Virus record (IMG/VR): IMGVR_UViG_3300028844_005666
Reading direction: 5' to 3' (one strand)
DNA: 64,000 nucleotides
Origin: an uncultured virus (IMG/VR IMGVR_UViG_3300028844_005666)
Taxonomy: Duplodnaviria > Heunggongvirae > Uroviricota > Caudoviricetes
Positions 19,171-28,597 of the stretch are shown here, in pieces; the first letter of the stretch is position 1; every line of letters begins with the position of its first letter. Under the pieces are notes generated by a model, which worked only from the letters and a program-made list of their open reading frames with translations, was not told the DNA's origin and ran no database searches. Position numbers and translations under genes: made by a program.

Positions 19171-20335
19171 ATTTAAATTCCTCCACTAGGTTGTATAATG
19201 ACTCGTCTCTAGATTTATCTAGAGTGTCGGTATAGTTTTTAAATTTAGGAAGTAGATGAGACCAATCTTCTTTATACATGTAGTCCGCGATGCTATCTTT
19301 CTTTCTAATAACTATATCATAATTTTTTTCTAAGTACAAAGCAGCTCTATCTTTGAGCTCTTCTGGTAATACTCTTATATTTAACTGTTCGGGATGGTTA
19401 AGTATATTCAAGTAAACAGGTATACCTAAAGGATTAAGATAATCAAACAGTTCATGCAATCTAAGAATATTATAAATTTGAACAGTACAATGAACTTCTA
19501 ATCTAACATTTTTCATATTTCTAAAACGTTTTAGATTCTCATCTATCTTCTTCCATGAACTAGGATATCTAATATACCTATCTAATTCACCAAACGCATC
19601 AACTGAAGCATTAAGTTTTACTTGCTTAAAGTGTTTCCAGTAGTCAACTAACTTATCAGGTATGTTAGTTAAATTAGTATTATACTTTAATTTTATATTA
19701 TGTGCAAGTCCTTTTTCAATTAAACTATCATATAGTTGATATTGTTGTTTAATTAATGTAGGCTCACCCCCTGTAAGATATATTTCTTCTATATCTAATC
19801 TATGCTTATCTATTTGGTCCCATAAGAAAGGTTCATCTGGCCAAGTCATATTCTTTAGATACTTAAGTCTATCTTCAGGTAGCTTTTTATCTTCATCTGC
19901 TATTAGATTCCATTCTTTAGTCCACATACTTGACGCGTAAGGGTTACACATTCTACATTTCAGGTTACATAAATTACCTAATCTTAAATCTAAATATTTT
20001 ACTTTAATAGGTGGTTTAGTACTCTTTTTAAAGTCAAACATATATCTATTATTAGCAGACTGTCTAGCTGATTCTACACCAGCTTGTTCTTCTCTGTAAC
20101 ATCTTTTACATATTCTAGATTTTTTCCCTCTTAGCATTTTATCTCTAAGATTAATCATATATTCAGAGTACCACATTTCTTCAATAGTATCTTCTACTAC
20201 ATTGTAATGTGTACCATCAGGTTTAGTTATAGTAGTACCTTGAGCAATATTACAACAAGGTCTATATTTACCTGTTGAAGTTGTAGCAATATGCATCCAC
20301 GGTAATATACAGAACGATTTATTCTTCATAGACAA
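19160..20335 (-). CDS. Radical SAM enzyme with N-terminal twitch-like domain
   Basis: FCILPW..RPCC..CKRC, CNLKCRMC, TGGEP. Confidence 0.92.
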   Translation of the reverse strand: MSMKNKSFCILPWMHIATTSTGKYRPCCNIAQGTTITKPDGTHYNVVEDTIEEMWYSEYMINLRDKMLRGKKSRICKRCYREEQAGVESARQSANNRYMFDFKKSTKPPIKVKYLDLRLGNLCNLKCRMCNPYASSMWTKEWNLIADEDKKLPEDRLKYLKNMTWPDEPFLWDQIDKHRLDIEEIYLTGGEPTLIKQQYQLYDSLIEKGLAHNIKLKYNTNLTNIPDKLVDYWKHFKQVKLNASVDAFGELDRYIRYPSSWKKIDENLKRFRNMKNVRLEVHCTVQIYNILRLHELFDYLNPLGIPVYLNILNHPEQLNIRVLPEELKDRAALYLEKNYDIVIRKKDSIADYMYKEDWSHLLPKFKNYTDTLDKSRDESLYNLVEEFKYVS

Positions 20336-21020
20336 GCCTTTGTTTTCTTAGTTTAAGTGCAGTAGCAATAAAGTTAAACTTTTTACCTTTTACAAATTTA
20401 CCTAGATCTCTTTTTCTATCTAGCTCTTTAAATATATCTTCTGTTAGTTTACATTTAACTAACTTTATGTTATTCTTTAACTCTGAATTAGTAAATCTAA
20501 TATACATTAAAGGATCACCTCTTTCTACTTTAAGTATATCATTAGTTCTATTAAACTGAAAGCCCCAAGATACATTTCTAACCCAACTGTGTATATTGAA
20601 ACTACCTCCTATGATTTGACCGGGGTACGAGTGGTTAAACGGGGGCATTATATCCATTAGAGTAGGTTGATCAGCTATAAACAAATATTTGAAAGCCATT
20701 TGAAAGAAAGGTTTGTCTCTATCATGCATATCATTAGATGAATGATAACTAACTATTCTATTCATTTCATGATCATCTACTTGATTTGATTCTACTTTTA
20801 CTTCACCTTTACTACTAGTAGCAGTAAATTGTATAGGAGATTTTATTACGTAAGTATTAGAAAAAAAGTTTTGATAAGAAGGACAATGCATATAACCTTG
20901 CTTATTATAACCTCTCCAAGCATTATAATTATCTACATATCTTTCTGGTGGATAGATAATATAATCATGTAGATTATTATCTGGATAACACCAACCTATC
21001 TGTTCTTTACTACTTCCCAT
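20319..21020 (-). CDS. Hypothetical protein (possible dUTPase-like beta fold)
   Basis: CPS...YVIKSP, GSFNIHSWVR, RGDPLMYIRF. Confidence 0.45.
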   Translation of the reverse strand: MGSSKEQIGWCYPDNNLHDYIIYPPERYVDNYNAWRGYNKQGYMHCPSYQNFFSNTYVIKSPIQFTATSSKGEVKVESNQVDDHEMNRIVSYHSSNDMHDRDKPFFQMAFKYLFIADQPTLMDIMPPFNHSYPGQIIGGSFNIHSWVRNVSWGFQFNRTNDILKVERGDPLMYIRFTNSELKNNIKLVKCKLTEDIFKELDRKRDLGKFVKGKKFNFIATALKLRKQRLVYEE

Positions 21021-22066
21021 TGTTCTTCTCCGTTCCTTAATAATGTTATAGCGCTATCTCTATTTCCTGCTCCAGTACATTTTCTTGCACATATAGGATT
21101 AGGTTTATCTGATTCCCAACTTTCCATTAAACCTGTTAAAAAAGGACTAGTATCAAAAAATTCTTCTGCAGAAATATTATGTAAGTTATCTAAAGGATCT
21201 ATTGTTCTATGTTGGAAACCAAAATAGCAACACGGTTGTGCAAATCCATCATGGTTAACGAATAACCACCCTTTTCTGCCATCTAGTCTTTTTAACGCTT
21301 TACAATGAATTTTAGGTTTAGATCCATCATTAAGTGTCTTTTTAGGTTGACCCGGAGGTGCTTTAACCGAACCAAATGCTTTAGAGTTAATAGGCTTCTT
21401 GCCTTTTATTAACTTAGGTACAAAGTTCATTCCTAATTTTTCTGTAGATTTTCTAGCTGAAGCTATATAAGTAAATCTATGAAAACCCATTTCAACAGCC
21501 ATCTTATTAGCTTCTTTAACTTGATTATAATTATGGTTAAACATAATAAACTTCCATGAAGCTAATCCTCCAGCTGCTATAAATGCTTTAGCGTTTCTCA
21601 TAAGTTTATTCCAATCAGCTCCTACTCTATAGATATGATTAGTATCTTCTAGACCATCAATAGCAAACTCAACATCTAATCTTTTATCACCATTAGGTCT
21701 TTTATACTTGTTAGATATCTCCCCTATCCTAGTAAAGAACTTCTCATTTCTAGTAGCACCATTAGTACTAATTGAAATTCTTGTACTAGGAAATTCTTCT
21801 ATTAAGTATTCAATAATTTTATCTGCTTCAGGATGTATTAATGGTTCGTCAATCTGACCTGAAAAACTAATTATTGCAAGCTTTGGTAAAGTTTCAATAG
21901 TAAACCATTTCTTAATATCTTCTAAATGCATATAATTAGTATTAAGGAATGGAAGAGCAGCTGGATTAGCTAGTCTTTCGCATCCAGGGCAAGCTAAATT
22001 ACAATAAGAAGTTAACTCTAATTGTAGTTTTTCAGTTTCTTTTGCTCCTATTGGCCACTTAAGCAT
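20996..22066 (-). CDS. Radical SAM enzyme with C-terminal SPASM/twitch-like domain
   Basis: CNLACPGC, AIDGLEDTN, QPCCY. Confidence 0.92.
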   Translation of the reverse strand: MLKWPIGAKETEKLQLELTSYCNLACPGCERLANPAALPFLNTNYMHLEDIKKWFTIETLPKLAIISFSGQIDEPLIHPEADKIIEYLIEEFPSTRISISTNGATRNEKFFTRIGEISNKYKRPNGDKRLDVEFAIDGLEDTNHIYRVGADWNKLMRNAKAFIAAGGLASWKFIMFNHNYNQVKEANKMAVEMGFHRFTYIASARKSTEKLGMNFVPKLIKGKKPINSKAFGSVKAPPGQPKKTLNDGSKPKIHCKALKRLDGRKGWLFVNHDGFAQPCCYFGFQHRTIDPLDNLHNISAEEFFDTSPFLTGLMESWESDKPNPICARKCTGAGNRDSAITLLRNGEEQWEVVKNR

Positions 22067-23357
22067 TTTTTAAAACCTCATATTCATCTTTTAGTTCTTT
22101 CCAATACTTTATACAAGAAGGATTCTGTTTTCTAATCTCGCACATAGTTTCAATATATTCAATAAACTTTATAAATTTAGGTATTCTTTCCTCTTCGTCC
22201 CATACAGTTAACATCTTATTAAAATTTTTAACTGCATTATGGTGACTTCTTCTAAATATCTCTCTAGCTTCATCAATATACCATCTAGGTAAAACTCTAT
22301 AATCTAGATAAGTAGGATTAACAACTAATGTAGGTATACTTCCTACACCGCCATTTTTATAATTCTTATCTGTCTTTTCTATAAAGTTAAAAATATTATC
22401 AATGTCTAATAAGTTACAAGCCATAGCAGTTACAGACCAATTAATTCTTAACTGAGGTTCAATTATTGTTCTATTATCTTTTAGAGGTTCTATTTTTTCT
22501 TTTAACCAACAATCGTGTTTATTTTTTTTCATTTCATGAAAGGTATCTATATACCAATTTACATTATCACTTATAGTTTTAGTAGTAGCAGTTTTATGTC
22601 CTCTAATAAGATTATACAACTCTCCTGTACCTTCAATACTTATTATAAGTCTTATTCTATGAAAGTTAGACCACATAGTAAGAAGCTTTTTATCTCTATA
22701 AGTCATATTTGTAATATATTTTAACGTTATATTTTTTGATACTCCATGATTAATAAACACATCTAATAGATCATATCTTTCATCTTGATATAAAGGTTCT
22801 CCACCTTTAACTTCTATCATTCTAACGTTTTGTGTAAGACTAGGAAACTCTAATAGATCAGATATAGTGTTATGTTTAACTCTAATCATACCTGGTCTAG
22901 ATTCTCTATTGAACTTATTATTTTCAATCTTGACTAATTTTTCTTCTTCTTTTAACCAACCAGTTGAACTATGAACTCCACAATGTAAACATTTCAAATT
23001 ACATTTATTACTTAGATCTAAATCCATCATAAGTATTTTAGGTTTAGTCATTTCATCAGTAATATAAGGTTCTAAGTTTCTTCTATAATCATCTGCTCTA
23101 GTTTTACCTGCTTGACCTCTTAACTTACATACATTACAATTAGAAGGATACTTACCTTCATTAATATCTTTTCTTAACCAATCCCAACTTCTAAATTTAT
23201 TTCTAATATTATTACCTACATTAGTATCTAAATTTTTATCCCAAGCATCATGATCACCTTTCATATTGTATACACAACAAGGTACCACTTGACCCGTAGA
23301 GTCAACGTTCACAGAAGTAAAAGGAGCTACGCAAGGTTTATCTAGCAACGAACGCAT
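22059..23357 (-). CDS. Radical SAM enzyme with N-terminal twitch-like domain
   Basis: CVAPF..VPCC, CNLKCLHC, KGGEP; start moved to the ATG at 23357 to match paralogues. Confidence 0.9.
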   Translation of the reverse strand: MRSLLDKPCVAPFTSVNVDSTGQVVPCCVYNMKGDHDAWDKNLDTNVGNNIRNKFRSWDWLRKDINEGKYPSNCNVCKLRGQAGKTRADDYRRNLEPYITDEMTKPKILMMDLDLSNKCNLKCLHCGVHSSTGWLKEEEKLVKIENNKFNRESRPGMIRVKHNTISDLLEFPSLTQNVRMIEVKGGEPLYQDERYDLLDVFINHGVSKNITLKYITNMTYRDKKLLTMWSNFHRIRLIISIEGTGELYNLIRGHKTATTKTISDNVNWYIDTFHEMKKNKHDCWLKEKIEPLKDNRTIIEPQLRINWSVTAMACNLLDIDNIFNFIEKTDKNYKNGGVGSIPTLVVNPTYLDYRVLPRWYIDEAREIFRRSHHNAVKNFNKMLTVWDEEERIPKFIKFIEYIETMCEIRKQNPSCIKYWKELKDEYEVLKNA

Positions 23358-24576
23358 CCATTTCTTCTGCCATATCAGGTAACAGATCTCTCCAAGATAT
23401 ATCAACTTGTTGTTTAACATCTAAGGTATCTGAAAATTCTATAAACTTAGGAATAAGTTCAGTCATGTCTCCATCTAATGTATTAATAGCATCCATAAAA
23501 TGAGGATTATTTGCAAACTTAGAAGTTCTTAATTTATTTTTTATTTGTTGTTTAAACTTAGGAGGTATAACTCTACAATCTAAGAACGTAGGATAATTGA
23601 CTCTATGAGTGTGTAATTCTATACCCATATCTTCAAAGTCTTTAGCTATCTCTGGCATAAACCATATGTTGTAAACTTGTAAAGTCAATGCACCAGCTAT
23701 CTTATAAAGTTTAGGATGATCAATTACCTTTAAAATGTTTTCTTGTACTACTTTATAATCACCTAACTGTCTAATATAATTATAGATATCCCCTGTACCG
23801 TCAATACTAATATTAATATGAACTCTTTTAAAACTATTCCACATTTCTAAGACATTGTCTTTCTTATAATTTAACTTAGTCATATTAGTAGCATATCTTA
23901 ATGATACTTTATCTGCTTCTCCGTACTCCATAATATAATGTAAGACTTTATAATGTAAAGGATCAGTTAGAGGCTCACCTCCTGCAAAATATATCTCTCT
24001 AAAGTATGGACATAATGCTTTAAACTCATCCCAGAACTCTTCAGTGTGCCATTTACTAACATAAGGTTTTCTTTCTATGTTAAACTGCTCTACTTTTTCA
24101 TAAGTACTCTTATTATGCTTTTGCATTAATCCTTTTATTGCACCCCAGTCTTGAGCCCAAGAAGTACTATCTACTGGATGACACATTCTACACTTTAAGT
24201 TACAAAGATTAGATAACTTAGCTTCAAAGGTAGGTATCTTGAAAGGCATAAAACCATCTTCATCCATCTCTTCCCATACAGGTCCGAAAGTCTTAATATG
24301 ATTCTTTACTGTCCTTTGTCTCATAGATCTTATACCTTGATCTTCATGCTTCCAACAAGCATTACACTCAGGAGACTTTATACCAGATAATAATTCTTTT
24401 CTAATAGCTCTCATTCTTGGGTTGTTCCAAGCTTCTTCTAAGCTCTCGTCTTGTATATTACTAGTTGGTCTAGCTCTACAACAAGGTTTTATTTCACCTG
24501 CGGTTTTTGTAGCTATATGTACAAAAGGAAATGTACAAAAAACGTCGTCATTTACTGTTGCTCTTTTAAAGTTCAT
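23338..24576 (-). CDS. Radical SAM enzyme with N-terminal twitch-like domain
   Basis: FCTFPF..KPCC, CNLKCRMC, AGGEP. Confidence 0.92.
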   Translation of the reverse strand: MNFKRATVNDDVFCTFPFVHIATKTAGEIKPCCRARPTSNIQDESLEEAWNNPRMRAIRKELLSGIKSPECNACWKHEDQGIRSMRQRTVKNHIKTFGPVWEEMDEDGFMPFKIPTFEAKLSNLCNLKCRMCHPVDSTSWAQDWGAIKGLMQKHNKSTYEKVEQFNIERKPYVSKWHTEEFWDEFKALCPYFREIYFAGGEPLTDPLHYKVLHYIMEYGEADKVSLRYATNMTKLNYKKDNVLEMWNSFKRVHINISIDGTGDIYNYIRQLGDYKVVQENILKVIDHPKLYKIAGALTLQVYNIWFMPEIAKDFEDMGIELHTHRVNYPTFLDCRVIPPKFKQQIKNKLRTSKFANNPHFMDAINTLDGDMTELIPKFIEFSDTLDVKQQVDISWRDLLPDMAEEMDAFVAR

Positions 24577-25639
24577 GTCCTACCCTTACTAGATCCCCGT
24601 ATATAAGATCTTTTACTTTTGTTGTATTAAGATCAGCAGCGCATGCGCACCAATTTCTTATACAAGGTTCTGGTTTACTAATCATAGTAAACTCTTTAAA
24701 AATGTTCCCTAGTTTTTTAGTTCTACAAGTAGCATTCCATACATCACCGCTAGGTTCTATTCTTAGACTTTGTATACCAGCCCAACAATACCAACCTAGA
24801 TATTGATTATTTTTAGCTACTGTAAACTCATTTACGTTAGTCTCTCTATTACTTACTTCATAGTTATCGTTTACTTCATGTGCAATAACATTTTTAAAAT
24901 CTGATACTGGAATATTTTTAAGATAGTTTAGTTCTTCATCAGTATAATAGCCTTTATCGCCGCTATAATCTGGTCTACCATCTGAACCAGTTAAATTTAT
25001 TGACGCTATTTGTTTATCATTATCAAAAGGTAATCTCATTTCTTTATTATCTTCTCTATAAGCAGGTCTTATTCTTCTTATTGAAACTGCTATACCTTTT
25101 TTTCTAAACTCATCTATTTGCTTAGCTGCTTTATCAAATACTGTAGGTAGCATCATCATGTGAACATGTAAGTGTTGAAGGTTACCTGCTTCATGAACTG
25201 CATAGACACTATCAGGTATCTTTTCAACGTCATGATATTCCATATGATAAGAAAATATCATAGAGTTCACATACTGTGATAACTCTACATAATACTTTGT
25301 AGTTCTAGAACCATTAGTAGTAATACTAAACTGATTAATTCTATCACCGTATTTTTCTTTACCATATTTACAAAAGTCAAATAAGTGTTTACATATAGTA
25401 GGTTCACCACCAGTAAAAGAAAGTCTAATCTTTTTATCAGTAGTATTCATTATCTTATCTAATGTAGCTTTCATTGTATCTAAGTCAGGGAAACCTGAAC
25501 TATGATCATGCGTATGCTTATCACAATAAGAACAGTGAAAGTTACATCTCTTAGAAATGAACCATTCTATCTTTACTAAATTATCTGAATTTTTATTGTT
25601 ATGCTCTACAGCTACTTTTTTAGATAACATTTTAGCCAA
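24566..25639 (-). CDS. Radical SAM enzyme (paralogue of 15083..16138)
   Basis: CNFHCSYC, TGGEPT, GWYCWAG...CACAAD. Confidence 0.92.
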   Translation of the reverse strand: MAKMLSKKVAVEHNNKNSDNLVKIEWFISKRCNFHCSYCDKHTHDHSSGFPDLDTMKATLDKIMNTTDKKIRLSFTGGEPTICKHLFDFCKYGKEKYGDRINQFSITTNGSRTTKYYVELSQYVNSMIFSYHMEYHDVEKIPDSVYAVHEAGNLQHLHVHMMMLPTVFDKAAKQIDEFRKKGIAVSIRRIRPAYREDNKEMRLPFDNDKQIASINLTGSDGRPDYSGDKGYYTDEELNYLKNIPVSDFKNVIAHEVNDNYEVSNRETNVNEFTVAKNNQYLGWYCWAGIQSLRIEPSGDVWNATCRTKKLGNIFKEFTMISKPEPCIRNWCACAADLNTTKVKDLIYGDLVRVGHEL

Positions 25640-27033
25640 TCCATATCTGGGTATATTTTATCAAAATCTTGACCTCTAGTTTCTGCTACAGTATAACACC
25701 ACTCAGCAGTCTCAGGTAATCTTTCTGACCAATCTTCAGCATCCATAAAGTTTAAAAGACCTTCTAATCTTTTAATACCATATTCACTATTACGCCATTG
25801 TTCATAAGATACATTGTGCTCTTTAACACCTGTACATTTTTGCCAATTTTGTTCTAGCCAAGGATACAAATCTTGTTCCCATTTAAGTCTGACTTCTTCT
25901 TTAAAAAAAGTAGGTAAAGCTTTAACGTTCAACTGAGGGGGCCAATAAGCTAAGTGACAACTAAATATACCTGCACCAGAAGGCCACTGATTAAGTAGTT
26001 TAAACTCACTGTTTATTTTCCACTTAATAAATTCTGGTACGTAAAAATAATTAATTGCCATTCCTGTAAAAGCAGTAGTAAGCATTAAATTACCATGAGG
26101 GTAATTATCTAATACATGCATCTGCTTTTCTAAATGTTTAAACTCTGCAGGGTATCTAACAAAGTTTAATCTGTCTTCAATATCATCTATACTAAAATGA
26201 TATATTACTTTCTTGAAATGTTTCCATAAATCGAATAGATCATCTCTCCATTCTAAACCATTAGAGTTATATCTTACTTCCATTTGAGAAGCATAACCTT
26301 CTCTTATACATTTTTCTAATAGTTCATAATGCTCATCATGTATTAGAGGTTCACCACCTGCCCAATACAATTGTTTAATATGAGGTATTTGAGTATATAA
26401 TTCTGGAAAAAAATCTTTATTCTTTTTATGCCAGTTATATGAACCACCGGACCAAGCTAACTTACCTGACTCTTTTTCCCAAGCCATAGTACTTTTAAGT
26501 TTTTTGTTTTTTAAATTAGACCATATTTTTTTATGGTCAGGTACCCAGTTAGATGAATCATGCGGTGAGCACATAACACATGCTAATTGACATTTAGATC
26601 CTAATCTTAAGTCTACGTATCTGACTTGAGCAGGTACTTCACCAGTTTCAGTATCGTAACCTTGTAGTATAGATTCAATACCTTCATCTCTAATCCACTT
26701 ATCAGTTTCCCATTGTCTTTTAGATCTATGTCCAGCTTCTTCTTCCTTATAACATTTAAGACATGATGCTGGTTTTTCACCTCTCATCATAGTCTTTCTA
26801 GTTTCTTTCATATAGGTATTATTCCAAGCTTCAAGTAAACCAGTAGTTGCTAGGTTAGCAGGTTTACCGTCTTCTCTTCTTAATACACCTACTTCTGAAG
26901 CTGTTTTATTTGTACTATCTGCATTCTGTACTCCAGATGCATTAGCAGTACAACAGACACGCATATGTCCATTAGGTCTAGTACTTACATGCATCCATGG
27001 AAGTGCACAAAACGTTTCTGAAGGATAAGCCAT
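25612..27033 (-). CDS. Radical SAM enzyme with N-terminal twitch-like domain
   Basis: FCALPW..RVCC, CQLACVMC, AGGEP. Confidence 0.92.
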   Translation of the reverse strand: MAYPSETFCALPWMHVSTRPNGHMRVCCTANASGVQNADSTNKTASEVGVLRREDGKPANLATTGLLEAWNNTYMKETRKTMMRGEKPASCLKCYKEEEAGHRSKRQWETDKWIRDEGIESILQGYDTETGEVPAQVRYVDLRLGSKCQLACVMCSPHDSSNWVPDHKKIWSNLKNKKLKSTMAWEKESGKLAWSGGSYNWHKKNKDFFPELYTQIPHIKQLYWAGGEPLIHDEHYELLEKCIREGYASQMEVRYNSNGLEWRDDLFDLWKHFKKVIYHFSIDDIEDRLNFVRYPAEFKHLEKQMHVLDNYPHGNLMLTTAFTGMAINYFYVPEFIKWKINSEFKLLNQWPSGAGIFSCHLAYWPPQLNVKALPTFFKEEVRLKWEQDLYPWLEQNWQKCTGVKEHNVSYEQWRNSEYGIKRLEGLLNFMDAEDWSERLPETAEWCYTVAETRGQDFDKIYPDMDWLKCYLKK

Positions 27034-27596
27034 TAGGCTGTTTCCGGAGGCGTCTCTTCAGTTTGTTTAGCAGGATTGTCTAAAATAGTTGCTGCGGTCA
27101 TAGCTACTATTTCCATAAGGTTACCAGCTTTTCTAATCTTAGCTTTAAGTTCTCTATTCTTAGAACTCTTTACTTCATCGATTTCGAAAGCTTGTAATTT
27201 TAATTTAAAAAGATCATCTTGAGTCAACTCTGTAAGGTTAGTAGCTGCAGGGGCTGCAGTTTCACCTTGCTTAGACAACTGTTTTCCGATATCACTCATT
27301 ACCTCTGCGGTAATTTCGTTACGTAACTCGTTGTGCTCGCTGATTAATCTTTCGTGGAACTTGGTAGTATTTTCTTCAACAACTGTTAAAGGAACTTGCT
27401 TAACAAACTCTTCGAAGATTGGATTGGGTCCAACTGACACCGTCCTCAAAAATTTGCTAACTCTTTCAGGCGCTTGCCCGTCATAGCCTTCTACGTGAAA
27501 GTGCTCTTCAACGTTGACGTTGATAGTAGTTTTATCATCGTCAACGAAGTAAGCAGTTTCCGGCGTATAGACTGTATTCATAATTTCCGTTTTCAT
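27033..27596 (-). CDS. Hypothetical protein heading the radical SAM operon
   Basis: 187 aa with SD GGAG; its stop overlaps the start of the next gene; helical C-terminus FKLKLQAFE...KIRKA. Confidence 0.6.
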   Translation of the reverse strand: MKTEIMNTVYTPETAYFVDDDKTTINVNVEEHFHVEGYDGQAPERVSKFLRTVSVGPNPIFEEFVKQVPLTVVEENTTKFHERLISEHNELRNEITAEVMSDIGKQLSKQGETAAPAATNLTELTQDDLFKLKLQAFEIDEVKSSKNRELKAKIRKAGNLMEIVAMTAATILDNPAKQTEETPPETA

Positions 27597-27620
27597 AATA
27601 TATTTTTCTCCGCTTTGCTA

Positions 27621-28553
27621 TTATGTATTAGCTAGTCTTAGATAATGGTTAGTAGTACTTAAACTATTAACATCTCTATAGTATGTATGGCCTGATATTA
27701 CCTGGCCAGATGATGCATTTGTAGAGCCATCATAATGTGTTTCTACAAAACCACCTGCATCAATACCTGATGTAGATGTACTGAAAGTATAGACTAATTT
27801 ACTACTTTCATTTATTCTGTTATACAAGAAAGGAGTAAAAAAGCTCTGAATTTCTGCATCTGACATTTCAATAAATCCTGCATTAGTAGAATTATATCTT
27901 ACAGGTCTTGAAGTAGTCGGGGCTGACTCTGAAGTCTTCTTGTATAGTGTATAAGTTGTTGTACTTGGTCCACCTGTATTACCAGCTGTAACTTGTCTAT
28001 TAGCCATTGTCATACCTGTAGAAGCATATGTACCGTCAGGTGCAGAAGTTGCTAAATGAAACTTACCAACGCCTCCTCCTTCAACATCTTGAATGATAGG
28101 ATCAATAACTGTATCATACATATCAGCTAATGTCTTAGTAGCACCTACATAACCTAATGGTTGTAGGTTATCATAGTCAGCATCTACAGCAACTAATGCT
28201 CCAGCATTCCAAGTTGTACTATTAGGTTCGTCAGTACTGTTATTATAATTTTGATACATTGTATAGGTAGTTGCTCCTGATGAACCAGGGGCATTAACGT
28301 TTGAGTTGGAAGGTCCTACTCCCCATACGTTACCAATATCAGTAGTTCTTCTACCTTGTGATCTTGATTCATCTGTTACTGCTCCGATAGAACTATAACC
28401 GGATGGATTTGAATTAATTGTTAAGTGCCCTGGATCATTAGTTCTACCAGCCCAGTATACTCTTACTACGTATGATACGTAATCTAAATCTGCATCTGAC
28501 ATTTCAATAAGGCCAGATGTTCCGTTAATTTTTAGGGGTCTTCTTACAGTCAT
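27621..28553 (-). CDS. Ser/Thr/Gly-rich virion protein with an internal repeat
   Basis: RRPLKINGTSGLIEMSDADL repeated as SRPVRYNSTNAGFIEMSDAEI. Confidence 0.55.
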   Translation of the reverse strand: MTVRRPLKINGTSGLIEMSDADLDYVSYVVRVYWAGRTNDPGHLTINSNPSGYSSIGAVTDESRSQGRRTTDIGNVWGVGPSNSNVNAPGSSGATTYTMYQNYNNSTDEPNSTTWNAGALVAVDADYDNLQPLGYVGATKTLADMYDTVIDPIIQDVEGGGVGKFHLATSAPDGTYASTGMTMANRQVTAGNTGGPSTTTYTLYKKTSESAPTTSRPVRYNSTNAGFIEMSDAEIQSFFTPFLYNRINESSKLVYTFSTSTSGIDAGGFVETHYDGSTNASSGQVISGHTYYRDVNSLSTTNHYLRLANT

Positions 28554-28597
28554 TTGTCTATTCCTCTTTAAACTGTTATAGTTAGTTTATTTATTTT

